Made by a program: the position numbers and the translations under genes | Notes under the pieces: model-generated | Databases searched by the model: none | What the model was told of the DNA's origin: nothing | Seen by the model: the letters and a program-made list of their open reading frames with translations, nothing else | Shown here: positions 32,201-47,200 of the stretch, in pieces | Position numbering within the stretch: position 1 is the first letter of the stretch | Layout of the letters: each line of letters starts with the position of its first letter | NCBI RefSeq assembly: GCF_009914755.1 | Contig: NC_060938.1 | Reading direction: 5' to 3' (one strand) | Origin: the human T2T-CHM13v2.0 reference genome, Homo sapiens | DNA: 64,000 nucleotides

Positions 32201-35200
32201 GTGATCAGTGCAGAGATATGTCACAATGTCCCCTGTAGGCAGAGCATAGAGAAGAGTTGCATCACCTGGGTGGTCAGTGCAGATGTATGTCACAATGTCC
32301 CCTGTAGGCAAACGCTAGGCCAGAGTTGCATCACCTGGGTGATCAGTGCCGATATATGTCACTATGTCCCCTGTAGGCAAAGCCTAAGCAAGAGTTACAT
32401 AACCTTTGTCATCAGTTCAGGGATATGTGAAAACGCCCCTGTAGGCAGAGCCTAGACAAAAGTTACAACACCTAGTTGATCAGTGCTGAGGTATTTCAAA
32501 ATACACCCTGTGGGCAGATCCTAGACAAGAGTTCAATCACCTGGGTGATCAGTGCAGAGATATTTCACAATGCCCCCTTGGGCAGAGGGTAGACAACAGT
32601 TACATCACCTAGGTGATCAGTGCAGAGATTTGTCAAAATTCCCTGTAGGCAGTGCTTATAAAAGTGTTACATCACCTAAGTGATCAATGCAGATATATGT
32701 CAAAAAGCTCCTATAGGTAGAACTTAGATGTGTTATATCACCTGGGTGATCAGTGCAAAGCTATGTCACAAAGCACCCTGTAGGCAAAGCCTGGACAATG
32801 GATACATCACTTGGGTGATCAGTGGCGAGATCTCTCACAATTCTCCTATAAGCAGAGCTTATACAATAGTTACATCACCTGGGTTATCAGTGTAGAGAGA
32901 TATGTCACAATGCCCCCATAGGCAGAGCCTGGACAAGAGTTACATAACCCGGGTGTCCCGTGCAGAGTGATGTCACAACGCCTTCTGTAGCAGAGACTAT
33001 AAAAGAGTTACATCACCTGGGTAATCAGTGCAGAGTTATGTCACAATGCCCCCTGAAGGCAGAGCATAGAGAAGAGTTGCATCACCTGAGTGATCAGTGC
33101 AGTGATATATCACAATGTCCCCTGTAGTCAGAGCATAGAGAAGAGTTGCATCACCTGGGTGATCAGTGCAGAGATATGTCACAATGTCCCCTCTAGGCAA
33201 AGCCTAGGCAAGAGTTACTTCACCTTTGTCATCAGTTCAGGGATATGTGAAAATGCCCCTGTAGGCAGACCATAGACAAGAGTTACATCACCTAGATGAT
33301 CAGTGCAGAGATATTTCACAATAACCCCTGTAGGCAAATCCTAGACAAGAGTTGAATCACCTGGGTGATTAGTGCAGAGATATTTCACAATGCCCCCTTT
33401 GGGCAGAGGGTAGACAAGAGTTACATCACCTATGTGATCAGTGCAGAGATTTGTCAAAATTCCCTGTAGGCAGTGCTTATAAAAGTGTTACATAAGTGAT
33501 CAGTGCAGAGATACGTCATAAAGCTCCTGTAGGTAGAACTTAGATAAGTTACATCAGCTGGGTGATCAGAGCAAAAGTATGTCACAAAACCCCCTGTAGG
33601 CAAAGACTATACAATAGTTACCTCACTTGGGTGATCAGTGGCGAGATCTCTCACAATTCCCCTGTAGGCAGAGCTTATACAACAGTTTCATCACCTGGGT
33701 GATCAGTGCAGAGATATGTCACAGTACCCCCATAGGCAGATCCAAGACAAGAGTCCGTCACCTGGGTGATCAGTGCAGAAATATGTCACAATGCCCCCTT
33801 AGGCAGAGCCTAGACAAAAGCCCCATCACCTGGATGATCAGTGCAGACTTATGTCACAAAGTCCCTTTAGGCAGATCCTAGACAAGGGTTACATCACATG
33901 GATGATCAGTGCAGAGATATGTCACAATGCCACTGTAGGCAGAGCCTAGACAAGAATTACATGACCTTGGTGATCAGTGCAGAGATACATTGCAATGTCC
34001 CTTTAGGCAGAGCCTTGAGAAGTGGAACATCACCTGGGTGATCATTGCACGGATATGTCACAAAGCACCCTGTAGGCAGATCCTAGAAAAGAGTTACATC
34101 ACCTGGGTGATCAGTGCAGAGGTATGTCACAATGCCACTGTAGGCAGAGCCTAGAGAAGAGTTACATGACCTAGGTGATCAGTGCAGAGATACATCTCAA
34201 TGCCCCTGTAGGCTGAGCCTTGACAAGTGGTATATCACCTGGGTGATCATTGCAGGGATATGTCATAAAGCACCCTGTAGGTAGATCCTATAGAAGAGTT
34301 ATATCACCTGGGTGATCAGTGCAGAGATATGTCACAAGCCCCCTGTAGGCAGAGCCTAGACAAGAGTTATATTACCTGGGTGATCAGTGCAGTGATATGT
34401 CACGATGCTGTGTAGCCAGAGCCTAGACTAAACTTACAGCACCTGGGAGATCAGTGCCTAGATATGTCACAATGTCCCCAGTAGGCAGAGACCAGGCAAG
34501 AGTTGGATGATCTCTGGATTAGTGCAGAGATATGTCTCAATCCCCCTGTGGGCACAGCCTAGACAAGTGTTGCATCACCTCGGTTAACAGTGCAGAGATA
34601 TGTCAAAATGCGCCTGTAGGCAGAGCCTATACAAGTGTTACATCACTTAGGTGATCAGTGCAGAATTATGTCACAATACCCCCTGTAAGCAGAACCTAGA
34701 CAAGAGTTGCATTACCTGGGTGATCCGTGCAGAGATATGTAACAAGGCCCCTTTAAGCAGAGCCTAGACAATAGTTACATCACCTGAGTGATCAGTGCAG
34801 ATATCTGTCACAATTCCCCTTTAGGCAGAGCTAAGAGCAGAGTTACATCACCTGGGTGATCAGTGCAGAGATATGTCAAAATGCCCCCATAGGCATATCC
34901 AAGACAAGTGTCCGTCACCTGGGTGATCAGTGCAGAAATATATTCCAATGCCCCCAGAAGGCAGAGCCTAGAGAAGAGTCCCATCACCTGGGTAATCAGT
35001 GCAGAGATATTTCACAATGCCCCTGCAGGCAGAGAGTAAGCAAGAGTTACATCACCTAGATGATCAGTGCAGAGATATGTCGCAATGCTCCCTATAGTCA
35101 GAGGCTGGACAAGAGTTACATCGCCTCGGTGATCAATGCAGTGATATGTCACTATGTCCAGTAGGCAGAGCCTAGTCAAGCGTTACATCACCTCGGTGAT

Positions 35201-35491
35201 CAGTGCAGAGTTATGTCACAAAGCCCCCATACACAGAGCCTAGACAAGAGTCCCATCACCTGGGTGATCAGTGCAGAAATATGTCACAATGCCCCCATAG
35301 GCAGATCCAACACAAGAGTTATATCACCTGGGTGATCATTGTAGAGATATGTCACAATGCCCCCAACAGGCAGAGCCTAGACCAACCTCCCATCACCTGG
35401 GTGATCAGTGCAGAGATATGTCACAAAGCCCCTGTAGGCAGAGCCTACACAAGTGTTACATCACTTTGTTGATCAGTTCAGAGACGTGTCA
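29242..35491 (+). repeat. Beta-satellite array 2
   Basis: Same 68-bp monomer, same orientation. Confidence 0.97.
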
Positions 35492-36069
35492 TGCTGACTG
35501 TTTGCTCTCGGAGCTCTGCGGTCACCTGGAAACAAGACGGGAAGGTTGGAAGGCCAGCATGGTGCCTTCGCTCTCCTTGCTAGTTTCCAAACCGGCCACA
35601 CTGCACACTGCCCATGTTGCCGCACACGGGAATCCGTCGTCAGGCCATCATGCCGGGGAGGCAGCTTCTCTCTGGGGTCTCTCTGGACTCCTGCGTGGAA
35701 ATGAACGAGAGCCACACGTCTGTGCGTGTGAGACTGTCCCGGCAACAGCGACACCCACAGGCACTGCCTCCTTCACGGAAAGAGGGCCTGGAACACTCAA
35801 GAATCCCACGGAGGTTCAGTTCCACACTCCCCTCCACCCTCCCAGGCCGGTTTATCCCTGCTGAAGAAGCATGGGAGCCCAGAGAGCAGCTTCCAGTTTC
35901 CGCGCGATTCCTGGAGAGGTCCGGAGAGCCAGCCCCCGAAACGCACCCCCCTCGCCCCTTCTCTCTCGCCCCCTTCCTCTTTGTCTCTCCGGACCCACGA
36001 CCACCATCACCACGCCCTCCACCGCACCCCACCACCCTCCAGCCGCAGGCCTTGACGCCCTGGGACCCT

Positions 36070-37530
<1,461 letters not shown>

Positions 37531-38228
37531 GACGCGGGTTTGGGATGGGGTCGAGTCGTGGCAGGGTGGTGGCCTCTCTTTCGCGGGGAACACCGGGCTG
37601 TCTACGGAGGGGCGTGTCTTCCCTCCGCTCCCTCCACAGGGCTGACCGGCCTGGGATTCCTGCCTTCTAGGTCTAGGCCTGGTGATAGGCTCCACACAGC
37701 AGAGAACTGCCACTCTTTCCTGGGCTTCCCGGGGATCCCAGAGCCGGCCCAGGTACCAGCAGGTGGGCCACCTGCTGCGCACACCCGGGTTTCCTGGCAG
37801 CAGCCTGGGCTGTGGGAGCAGCCCGGGCAGAGCTCTCATGCCTTTCCACCACCCCACCCCTACCTGAACCCCCTCCCCACACCCATCCCCCAACCATGGA
37901 AAATGCGTCCTCCCCTGGGCTGGGTGGAGACCCACGTCCCGTGAAACACTGGGCCCGTGCAGCGTCCAGGCCTGACACCCCTCCGGCGGCTCGCCTCCTC
38001 TGCGCCTCCGCGCCATCGTCGCCGGCCCGCCCGAGCCCTTGCAGCCTCCCAGCTGCCACCATGGAGCGACTGGAGGTGGAACGCAGACCTCTAGCTCTCT
38101 TTGCCGGCCTCCTGGCTAGACCTGCACTCATTGCGCACCCCGGCTGACTTGCAAGGGAGCCCGCTGGCCTCTCTGTGCCCTTGTGCTTCCGTGAAATTCC
38201 GGCTGAGGCTCTCCCAACACCTTCCGAC

Positions 38229-41200
38229 TCTCTTTAGTCAAAACCTGGAGAATAGTTACATCTCCTGGATGATCAGTTCAGAAATACGTCACAATGCCCC
38301 CTCCCTGCGGAGCCTAGAGAAGATTTGCATCATTTGGGTGATCAGTGCAGAGATATATCACAAAGTCCCCTGTACAAAAAGCCTGGAAATGATTTACATC
38401 ACCTCAGTGATCAGTGCATAGGTATGTCAGAAATCCCCAGTAGGCTGAACCTAGACAAGTGTTACATCACTTAGGTGATCAGGGTAGAGATATTTGAAAA
38501 TTCCCGTGTAGACAGAGCCTAGACAAGTGTTACATCACCTATTGATCAGTGCAGGGATAAGTCGTAAAGCCTCCTGTAGGTAGAGTGTAGACAAGTGTTT
38601 CCTCCCTGGGGTGATCAGTGCAGAGATATGTCACAAAGCCCCTGTAAGCAGAACCTTGACAAGGGTTACATCACCTGTTTGATCAGTGGAAATATATATC
38701 ACAAAGCACCCTGTAGGCCAAGCCCAGACAATTGTTACATCACCTGGGTGAGCAGTGGAGAGATCTGTCACAATACCCCTGTAGGCAGAGCTTAGACAAG
38801 GGTTACATCACCTGGGTGATCAGTGCAGAGATATGTCAAAATGCTCCTGTAGGCTGAACGTAGACAGGAGTTACATCACCTGGGTGATCAGTGCAGAGAT
38901 ATGTGGGAATTCCCGTGTAGGCAGAACCTAGACAAGTGTTACATCACCTAGGTTATCAGTGCAGGTATAAGTCATAAAGCCTCCTGTAGGCAGAGCATAG
39001 ACAAGAGTTCCCTCCCCAGGGTGATCAGTGCAGAGATGTGTCACAATGTCCATGTAGGCAGATCTAAGACAAGAGTCCATCACCTGGGTGATCAATGCAG
39101 AGATATGTACCAATGTCCCCTGTAGGCAGTGCCTAGACAAGAGTTGCATCACCTCAGAGATCAGTGCACAGATATGTCACAAACCCTTCTGTAGGCAAAG
39201 CAAATACAAGCCTTACATCACCTAGGTGATCAGTGCAGTGATATGTCACAAAAATCCCTGTAGACAGAGCCTAGAAAAGAGTTACGTCACCTGGGTGATC
39301 AAATATTTGACACAATGCCCCCATAGACAAAGCCTAGACAGGACTTCCATCACCGGGGTGATCAGTGCAGAGATATGTCACGAATCCCCCTCTTGGCAGA
39401 GAACAGAGAAGAGTCCTATCACCAGGGTAATCAGTGCAGAGATATTTCACAATGCCCCCTGTAGGGAGAGAGTGGACAAGAGTTACATAACCTAGGTGAT
39501 CTGTGCAGAGCTATGTCAAAACGCCCGTGTAGGCAGAGCCTAGATAAATGTTACATCACCTGGGTGATCAGTGCAGAAATACGTCACAGTACCCCCAGTA
39601 GGTGGAGCCTAGACAAGAGTTACATCACCTGGGTGATCAGTGCAGCTATTTGACACAATGCCCCACATAGACAGAGCCTAGACAAGACTTCTATCAACTG
39701 GGTGATCAGTGCAGAGATATGTCACAAATCCCCCTCTAGGCAGAGTATAGAGAAGAGTCCCATCACCTGGGTCATCAGTGCAGAGATATTTCACAATGCC
39801 CGCTGTAGGCATACAGTGGACAAAGTTACATAACCTAGGTGATCTGTGCAGAAATATATCAAAACGCCCGTGTAGGCAGAGCCTAGATAAATGTTACATC
39901 ACCTGGGTGATCAGTGCAGAGATATGTCACAGTATACCCTGTAGGTGGAGCCTAGACAAGAGTTAAATCACCTGGGTGATCAGTACAGAAATATGTCACA
40001 AAGCCTCTGTAGGCGGAACCTAAACAAGAGTTACATCACCTTGGTGATCAGTGCAGAAATATGTCAGAAACCCCCTGCAGGCCGAGCCTAGACAAGAGTT
40101 ACATCTGCTGGCTGATCAGTGCGAAGATATGTCACAAATCCCCCTGTAGACAAATCCCAGAAAATTGTTACATCACCTGGGTGATCAGTGGAGATATCTG
40201 TCACAATTCCCCTTTAGGCGCAGCTTAGACAAGCGTTACATCACATGAGTGATCAGTGCAGAGATATGTCACTATACCCCCATAGGCAGATTCAAGACAA
40301 GAGTCCATCACCTGGGTGATCAGTGCAGAAATATGCCACAATGCCGCCAGTAGGCAGATATAGACCAGAGTTACATCACCTGGGTGATCAGTGCAGAGAT
40401 ATGTCACAATGACCCCATAGGCAAATCCAAGGGAAGAGTCCGTCACCTGGGTGATCAGTGCAGAAATATGTGACAATGCTCCCAGTAGGCAGAGCCTAGA
40501 GAACAGTCCCATCAGCTGGGTGGTCAGTGCAGAGATATTTCACAATGCCCCTGCAGGCAGAGCGTAAGCAAGAGTGAAATCACCTAGGTGATCAGTGCAG
40601 AGATATGTCACAAGGCCCCCTATAGGCAGAGCCTGGACAAGAGTTACATCACCTCGGTGATCAATGCAGTGATATGTCACTATGCCCCGTAGGCAGAGCC
40701 TAGTCAAGCGTTACATCACCTGGGTGATCAGTGCAGAGATATGTCACAAAGCCCCCAAACACAGAGCCTAGACAAGAGTCCCATCACCTGGGTGATCAGT
40801 GAAGAAATATGTCACAATGGCACCATAGGCAGATACAACGCAAGAGTTACATCACCTGGGTGATCAGTACAGAGATATGTCACAATGCCCGCATAGGCAG
40901 AGCCTAGACAAAAGTCCCATCAGCTGGGTGATCCGTGCAGAGTGATGTCACAACGCCCTCAGTAGGCAGAGACTAGAAAAGTGTTGCATCACCTCGGTGA
41001 CCAGTGCAGTGATATGTCTCAATGACCCCGTCGGCGGAGCCTATACAACAGTTACATCATCTCGCTGATCAGTGCAGTGATATGTTAAAATGCCCCTGTA
41101 GGCAGAGGCTATAAAAGAGTTACATCGCCTTGGTGATCAGTGGGAGATATCTCACAATACCCCGTGTAAGCAGAGCCTAGACAAGAGTTACATCACCTGG

Positions 41201-44200
41201 GTGATCAGGGCAGAGATATGTCATAAATACCACTGTAGGCAAAGCCTAGACAAGTTTTACATCACCTCAGCGATCAGTGCAGAGATATGTCCCAAAGCCC
41301 CTCTAGGAAGATCCTAGACAACAGTTACATAACCCGGGTGATCCGTGCAGAGTGATGTCACAACACAATCCGTAGGCAGAGACTAGAAAAGGGTTACATC
41401 ACCTGGGTGATCAGAGCAGAGATATGACACAATGCCCCTCTAGGCAGAGCCTAGACAAGACTTACATAACCCGGGTGATACGTGCAGAGAGATGTCACAA
41501 CGCCCTCCGTAGGCAGAGACTAGAAAAGGGTTACATCACCTGGGTGATCAGTGCAGAGATATGTCACAATGTCCCTGTAGGCAGAGCATAGAGAAGAGTT
41601 GCATCACCTGGGTGATTAGTGAAGTGATATTTCACAATGCCCCCTTTGGGCAGAGGGTAAAAAAGAGTTACAACAGCTAGGTAATCAGTGCAGAGTCTTG
41701 TCAAAATTCCCTGTAGGCAGTGCTTATAAAACTGTTACATCACCTAAGTGATCAGTGCAGAGATATGTCACAAAGCTCCTGTAGGCACAACTTAGATGAG
41801 TTCCATCACCTGGGTGATCAGTGCAAAGGTATGTCACAAAGCCCACTGTAGGCAAAGCCTAGACAATAGTTTCATCACTTGGGTGATCAGTGGCGAGATC
41901 TCTCACAGTTCCCCTGTAGGCAGAGCTTATACAACAGTTGCATCACCTGGGTGATCAGTGCAGAGATATGTCAGAGTGCCCCCATAGGAAGATCCAAGAC
42001 AAGAGTCCGTCACCTGGGTGATCAGTGCAGAAATATGTCACAATTCCCCCTTAGCAGAGCCTAGACAAAAGCCCCATCACCTGGATGATCAGTGCAGAGT
42101 TATGTCACAAAGTCCTTTTAGGCAGATCCTAGACAAGGGTTACATCACTTGGATGATCAGTGCAGAGATATGTCACAATGCCACTGTAGGGTGAGCCTAG
42201 AAAAGAGTTTCATGACCTAGGTGATCAGTGCAGAGATACCTCGAAATGTCCCTGTAGGCAGAGCCTTGACAAGTGGTACATCACCTGGGTAATCATTGCA
42301 GGGATATGTCACAAAGCACCCTGTAGGGAGATCCTAAGAAAGAGTTACATCACCTGGGTGATCAGTGCAGAGATTTGTCAAAATTCCCTGTAGGCAGTGC
42401 TTATAGAAGTGTTACATCACCCAAGTGATCAATGCAGAGATATGTCACAAAGCTCCTGTAGGCAGAACTTAGATGAGTTCCATCACCTGGGTGATCAGTG
42501 CAAAGGTATGTCACAAAGCCCCATGTTGGTAAAGCCTAGACAATAGTTACATCACTTGGGTGATCAGTGGCGAGATCTCTCACAATTCCCCTGTAGGCAG
42601 AGCTTATACAACAGTTACATCACCTGGGTGATCATTGCAGAGATATGTCACAATGCCCCCATAGGCAGATCCAAGACAAGAGTCCGTCACCTGAGTGATT
42701 AGTGCAGGGATATGTGAGAATTCCCGTGTAGGCAGAGCCTAGACAAGTGTTACATCACCTAGGTTTTCAGTGCAGGTATAAGTCATAAAGCCTCCTGTGG
42801 GCCGAGTATAGACAAGAGTTCCCTCCCCAGGGTGATCAGTGCAGAGATGTGTCACAAAGCCCCTGTAGGTAGAGCCTAGACAGGAGTTTCATCACTTGGT
42901 TGATCAGTTCAGAGATGTGTCACAATGTCCATGTAGGCAGATCTAAGACAAGAGTCCATCGCCTGGTTGATCAGTGCAGAGATATGTACCAATGTCTCCT
43001 GTAGGCAGTGCCTACACAAGAGTTGCATCACCTCAGAGATCAGTGCACAGGTATTTCACAAAGCCTTCTGTAGGCAAAGCCCATACAAGGTTTACATCAC
43101 CTAGGTGATCAGTGCAGTGATATGTCAAAAAAAGTGACAAAAAATGTGTCACAAAGCCCCTGTAGACCGAGCCTACACAAGAGTTGTTACATCTCCTGGG
43201 TGATCAGTGCAAAGATATGTGTCAAAGCCACCTATAGATAAATCCCAGAAAATCGTTACATCACCTTGGTGATCAGTGGAGATATCTGTCACAATTCCCC
43301 TTGAGGCGCAGCTTAGAAAAGCGTTACATCACAGGAGTGATCAGTGCAGAGATATGTCACTATGCCCCCATAGGCAGATCCAAGGGAAGAGTCCATCACC
43401 TGGGTGATCAGTGCAGAAATATGCCACAATGCTGCCAGTAGGCAGATATAGACAAGAGGTATATCACCTGCGTGATCACTGCAGAGATATGTCACAATGC
43501 CCCTGTAGGCATAGACTAGACAAGAGTCCCATCACCTGGGTGATCAGTGCAGAGTTATGTCACAATGCCCCCTCTTGACGGAGCCTAGAAAAGGCTTACA
43601 TCACCTGGGTAATCAGTGCAGAGATGTGACAAAAGACCCTGGTAGCCAGCGCCTAGAAAATAGTTAATGCAGCTGTGTGATCAGTGCAGTGACATGTCAC
43701 AATGTCCCTGTAGCCATATCCTTGAGAAAAGTGACATCACCTGGATGATCAGTGCAGAGATATGTCACAATGTCTCCAGTAGGCCGAGCTTAGACAAGAG
43801 TTACGTCACCTGGGTGATCAGGAGAGAGATATGTCACAATGCCCCCTGTAAGCAGATCCCAGAAAAAAGTTGCATCACCTCAGTGATCAGTGCAGAGATA
43901 AGTCTCAATGCCCCCTGTCGGCGAAGCCTATACAAGAGTTACATAATCTCGGTGATCAGTGCAGTGATATGTTGAAATGCCCGTGTAGGCAGAGCCTAGA
44001 CAAGAGTTACATCACCTGGGTGATCAGTGCACAGATATCTCATAATACCCACTGTAAGCAGAGCCTAGACAAGAGTTACATCACCTGGGTGATCAGTGCA
44101 CAGATATCTCATAATACCCACTGTAAGCAGAGCCTAGACAACAGTTACATCACCTAGGTGATCAGTGCAGAGATATGTCATCAATCTCACTGTAGGCAAA

Positions 44201-47200
44201 GCCTACACAAGTTTTACATCACCTAAGCAATCAGTGCAGAGATATGTCCCAATGTCCCTCTAGGCAGAGCTTAGAAAAGAGTCACATCTCCTGGGTGATC
44301 AGTGCAGAGATAAGTCACAATGCCCCAGTAGGCAGAGCCTAGACGAGAGTCACATAACCCCGGTGATCCGTGCAGAGTGATGTCACAACGCCCTCTGTAG
44401 GCAGAGAGTGGAAAAGAGTTACATCACCTGGGTGAACAGTGCAGAGATATGTCACAATGCCCCCTGTAGGCTGAGCATAGAGAAGAGTTGCATCACCTGG
44501 GTGATCAGTGCAGGAATATGTCAAAATGTCCCCTGTAGGCAGAGCATAGAGAACAGTTGCATCACCTGGGCAATCACTGCAGAGATATGTCACAGTGTCC
44601 TCTATAGGCAAAGCCTAGGCTAGAGTTACATCACCTTTGTCATCAGTTCAGGGATATGTGAAAACGCCCCTGTAGGCAGAGCCTAGAAAATAGTTACATC
44701 ACCTAGCTGATCAGTGCAGAGATATTTCACAATACCCCCTGTAGGCAGATCCTAGACAAGAGTTGAATCACCTGGGTGATCAGTGCAGAGATATTTCACA
44801 ATGCCCCCTTTGGGCAGAGGGTAGACAAGATTTACATCCCCTATGTGATCCGTGCAGAGATTTGTCAAAATTCCCTGTAGGCAGTGCTGATAAAAGTGTT
44901 ACATCACCTAAGTGATCAGTGCAGAGATATGTCACAAAGCTCCTGTAGGCATAACTTAGATGAGTTACATCACCTGGGAGATCAGTGCAAAAGTATGCCA
45001 CAAAGCTCCCTGTAGGCAAAGCCTAGAAAATCGTTACATCACTTGGGTGATCAGTGGCGAGATCTCTCACAAATCCCCTGTAGGCAGAGCTTATACAACA
45101 GTTACTTCACCTGGGGGATCAATGCAGAGATATGTCACAATGCCCCCATAGGCAGATCCAAGACAAGAATCCGTCACCTGGGTGATCAGTGCAGAAATAT
45201 GTGAGAATTCCCGTGTAGGCAGAGCCTAGACAAGTGTTACATCACCTAGGTTATCAATGCAGGTATAATTCATAAAGCCTCCTGTAGTCAGAGCGTAGAA
45301 AAGAGTTCCCTCCCCAGGTTGATCAGTGCAGAGATGTGTCACAAAGCCCCTGTACGCAGAGCCTAGACAAGAGTTTCATCACGTGGTTGATCAGTTCAGA
45401 GATGTGTCACAATGTCCATGTAGGCAGATCTAAGACAAGAGTCCATCACCTGGGTGATCAGTGCAGAGATATGTACCAAAGTCCCCTGTAGGCAGTGCCT
45501 AGACAAGAGTTGCATCACCTCAGAGATCAGTGCAGAGATATTTCACAAAGCCTTCTGTAGGCAAAGCCCATACAAGGCTTACATCACTTAGGTGATCAGT
45601 GCAATGATATGTCACACAAATCCCTGTAGACAGAGACTAGAAAAGAGGTACATCACCTGGGTGATCAGTGCAGTCATTTAACAAAATGCAGCCGTAGACA
45701 GAGCCTACACAAGACTTCAATCACCTTGGTGATCAGTGCAGAGATATGCCACAAATCCCTCTCTAGGCAGAGTATAGAGAAGAGTCGCATCACCTGGGTG
45801 ATCAGTGCAGAGATATTTCACAATGCCCCCTGTAGGCAGAGAGTGGACAAGAGTTACATAACCGAGGTGATCTGTGCAGAGGTATGTCAAAAAGCTCGTG
45901 TAGGCAGAGCCTAGATAAATGTTACATCACCAGGGTGATCAGTGGAGAGATACGTCATAATACCCCTGTAGGTGGAGCCTGGACAAGAGTTACATCAACT
46001 GCGTGATCAGCGCAGAGATATGTCACAAAGCCCCTGTAGGCAGAGCCTAAACAAGACTTACATCACCTGGGTGATCTGTGCAGAAATATATCACAAAGCC
46101 CCTGTAGGCCAATCCTAGATAAGAGTTGTTACATCTCCTGGGTGATCAGTGCAAAGATATGTCACAAAGCCCCCGGTAGACAAATCCCAGAAAATTGTTA
46201 CATCACCTGGGTGATCAGTGGAGATATCTGTCACAATTCCTCTTCAGGCGCAGATTAGACAAGCGTTACATCACATGAGTGATCAGTGCAAGGATATGTC
46301 ACTATGCCCCCATATGCAGATCCAAGACAGGAGTCCATCACCTGGGTGATCATTGCTGATATATGTCCCAATGTCGCCAGTAGGCAGATATAGAAAAGAG
46401 TTACATCACCTGCGTTAACACTGCAGAGAGATGTCACAATGCCCCTGTAGGCAGAGCTTAGACAAGTGTCCCATCACCTGGGTGATCAGTGCAGAGTTAT
46501 GTCACCATGCCCCCTGAAGGCAGAGCATAGAGAAGAGTTGCATCACCTGGGTGATCAGTGCAGAGATATGTCACAATGTCCCTTGTAGGCAAAGCCTAGG
46601 CAAGAGTTACACCACCTTTGTCATCAGTTCAGGGATATGTGAAAGTGCCCCTTTAGGCAGAGCCTAGACAAGAGTTACATCTCCTAGTCGATCCGTGCAG
46701 AGACATTTCACAATACCCCCTGTAGGCAGATCCTACAGAAGAGTTGAATCACCTGGGTGATCAGTGCAGAGATATTTCACAATGCCCTCTTTGGGCAGAG
46801 GGTAGACAAGATTTACATCACCTATGTGATCCGTGCAGAGATTTGTCAAAATTCCCTGTAGGCAGTGCTTATAAAAGTGTTATATCACCTAAGTTATCAG
46901 TGCAGAGATATGTCACAAAGCTCCTGTAGGCATAAATTAGATGAGTTATATCACCTGGGAGATCAGTGCAAAGGTATGTCACAAGGCCCTATGTAGGCAA
47001 AGCCTAGACAATAGTTACATCAGTTGGGTGATCAGTGGCGAGATCTCTCACAATTCCCCTGTAGGCAGAGCTTATACAACAGTTACATCACCTGGGTGAT
47101 CAGTGCAGAGATATGTCACAATGCTCCCTTAGGCCGATCCAAGACAAGAGTCCGTCACCTGGGTGATCAGTGCAGAGATATGTGAAAATTCCCGTGTAGG

